A DNA stretch of 64,000 nt from NCBI GenBank assembly GCA_012026655.1, contig JAAILG010001060.1, positions 1 to 64,000 on the forward strand, given 5' to 3'. Shown here one piece after another: positions 62,928 to 64,000 of this stretch. The position numbers and the translations under genes were made by a program. This DNA comes from Hydrolagus affinis (taxonomy: Eukaryota). Below the pieces are notes generated by a model. The model was given only the letters and a program-made list of their open reading frames with translations. It had not been told where the DNA came from and ran no database searches. Each line of letters starts with the position of its first letter. The first letter of the stretch is position 1.

Positions 62928-64000
62928 AAAGTGAAAACAGCTTGTTAAAAAACTCACTTTACCACCGGAAGAACTGAATCAACTCAGAAAAAAAAAGTCT
63001 TAACCATTGTCACATTAATGCGAAAGAGAAATCTATTTTTATTTTTGACAAGACCATTAATTAGTTGTAACCTTTGGAACGCTGATCGGGTTGCCATCGC
63101 ACTGCAACGAGGCACAAAGTAGATGGCAAAGTATTCTTTCCTCAACCCCCCCCACCCCGACCCACACCCACCCCCATTCTCCGAAGATGATTCCGGTGAG
63201 ATGTACCCAGGAAACAAGACGCCGAGGAAACAGTTCTGACAAATTTAAACTGTGACTAAAGTAGACAAAGTGGCTTACACGAGAAAACAGATGTCAGGAC
63301 CATTTTCGGAGTAATTAACAGATGCTAAGAAATGATACGTACAGCGAAAAACAACCAAAACAAGAAGGCGCACTGAAATTCCGCACAGTAATTCCACATT
63401 TTCCTCCGCGCACATCTCTGCGCTGTATGTGTTGCTTGCATCTGTAGCAGCAATCACGCCAGCGGAAATCCGGCAACTGCAATTTTAGTATTCAGCCCGG
63501 CAGTGTTTATGACACACAAAATACAGTTAAATCACCGATTCTTGATCGGTTAAAAATAGCACCCCCCGCCCCCCCGAGCCAAACTCAACAACCACCTATT
63601 TGTAATGTGACACATAATACACACCGTAACAACTGTGACACACAGTAATCCTAACTTTCATTTCACTGGGGGAAATAGCTGAATATTAAATCTCTTGATC
63701 TCTCTACTTATGAGATTAAATGACACCGGGCATGTTGCCTTACACAATACACAAATCACTACACCTAACATGAAATCCTGTGAATCACTTTGAGATAGTG
63801 TAATAATAATAATAATAATGAAATCTCTTCAATCCACAACTGTTTGCGGGACACTGTTGTGTGCAATTGGCTGCTGCGTTTCACCCACAAAATTTATGGT
63901 GTATTCCGTGATGCGCTTTGAGACGTCTGGAAGACGCGATAAAGGGTCTATATCAAACGCGAGGAAGGGTTAAGGCGGGCGGATAAGAGTTAAGATGAGA

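Noticed and set aside
871-63960. Dispersed near-identical ~30-40-nt motifs suggesting a CRISPR-like array
   Set aside because: Irregular kb-scale spacing, both orientations, embedded in 300-bp SINEs; vertebrate DNA with no cas genes.
56417-64000. Search for the DNAJC24 J-domain (HPD) exon, including minus-strand donor-like sites near 58510 and 61207
   Set aside because: No frame gives HPDK or AWKIL-like peptides; the exon is probably beyond the right edge.

Overview
Eukaryotic (vertebrate) genomic DNA, most likely from a cartilaginous fish: the repeat families point to a chimaera such as Callorhinchus milii (inference). The window covers the ELP4-IMMP1L-DNAJC24 block, which in other jawed vertebrates lies immediately 3' of PAX6 and hosts long-range PAX6 enhancers. 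PAX6 itself is not in the window. I could read out ELP4 coding exons 1-5 (minus strand; the gene continues off the left edge), the complete IMMP1L CDS (plus strand, 5 coding exons, 168 aa, Ser/Lys catalytic dyad intact) and the last two coding exons of DNAJC24/DPH4 (minus strand, CSL zinc finger; the gene enters from the right). All splice sites are GT-AG and the frames join. ELP4 and IMMP1L share a CpG-island bidirectional promoter (~24.8-25.6 kb) with ZNF143/Staf, two divergent CCAAT, GC-box, ETS and YY1 motifs. The rest is intronic or intergenic: more than 20 copies of a young tRNA-headed SINE, older Deu-type SINEs, CR1, L2 and Penelope-like fragments, microsatellites and a 100-N assembly gap. 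Almost all ORFs in the supplied track are spurious. I see no convincing new protein-coding system. The best leads are non-coding: an LF-SINE-like element between the converging IMMP1L and DNAJC24 3' ends, a degenerate hammerhead-ribozyme core in a Penelope-like fragment, several enhancer-like motif clusters (including a near-consensus PAX6 site and an inverted TCF/LEF pair with OTX/MEIS/SOX sites), an unexplained perfect splice donor upstream of ELP4, and an in-frame upstream ATG in IMMP1L. Family and orthologue assignments come from recalled sequences, not from searches; repeat boundaries are approximate.
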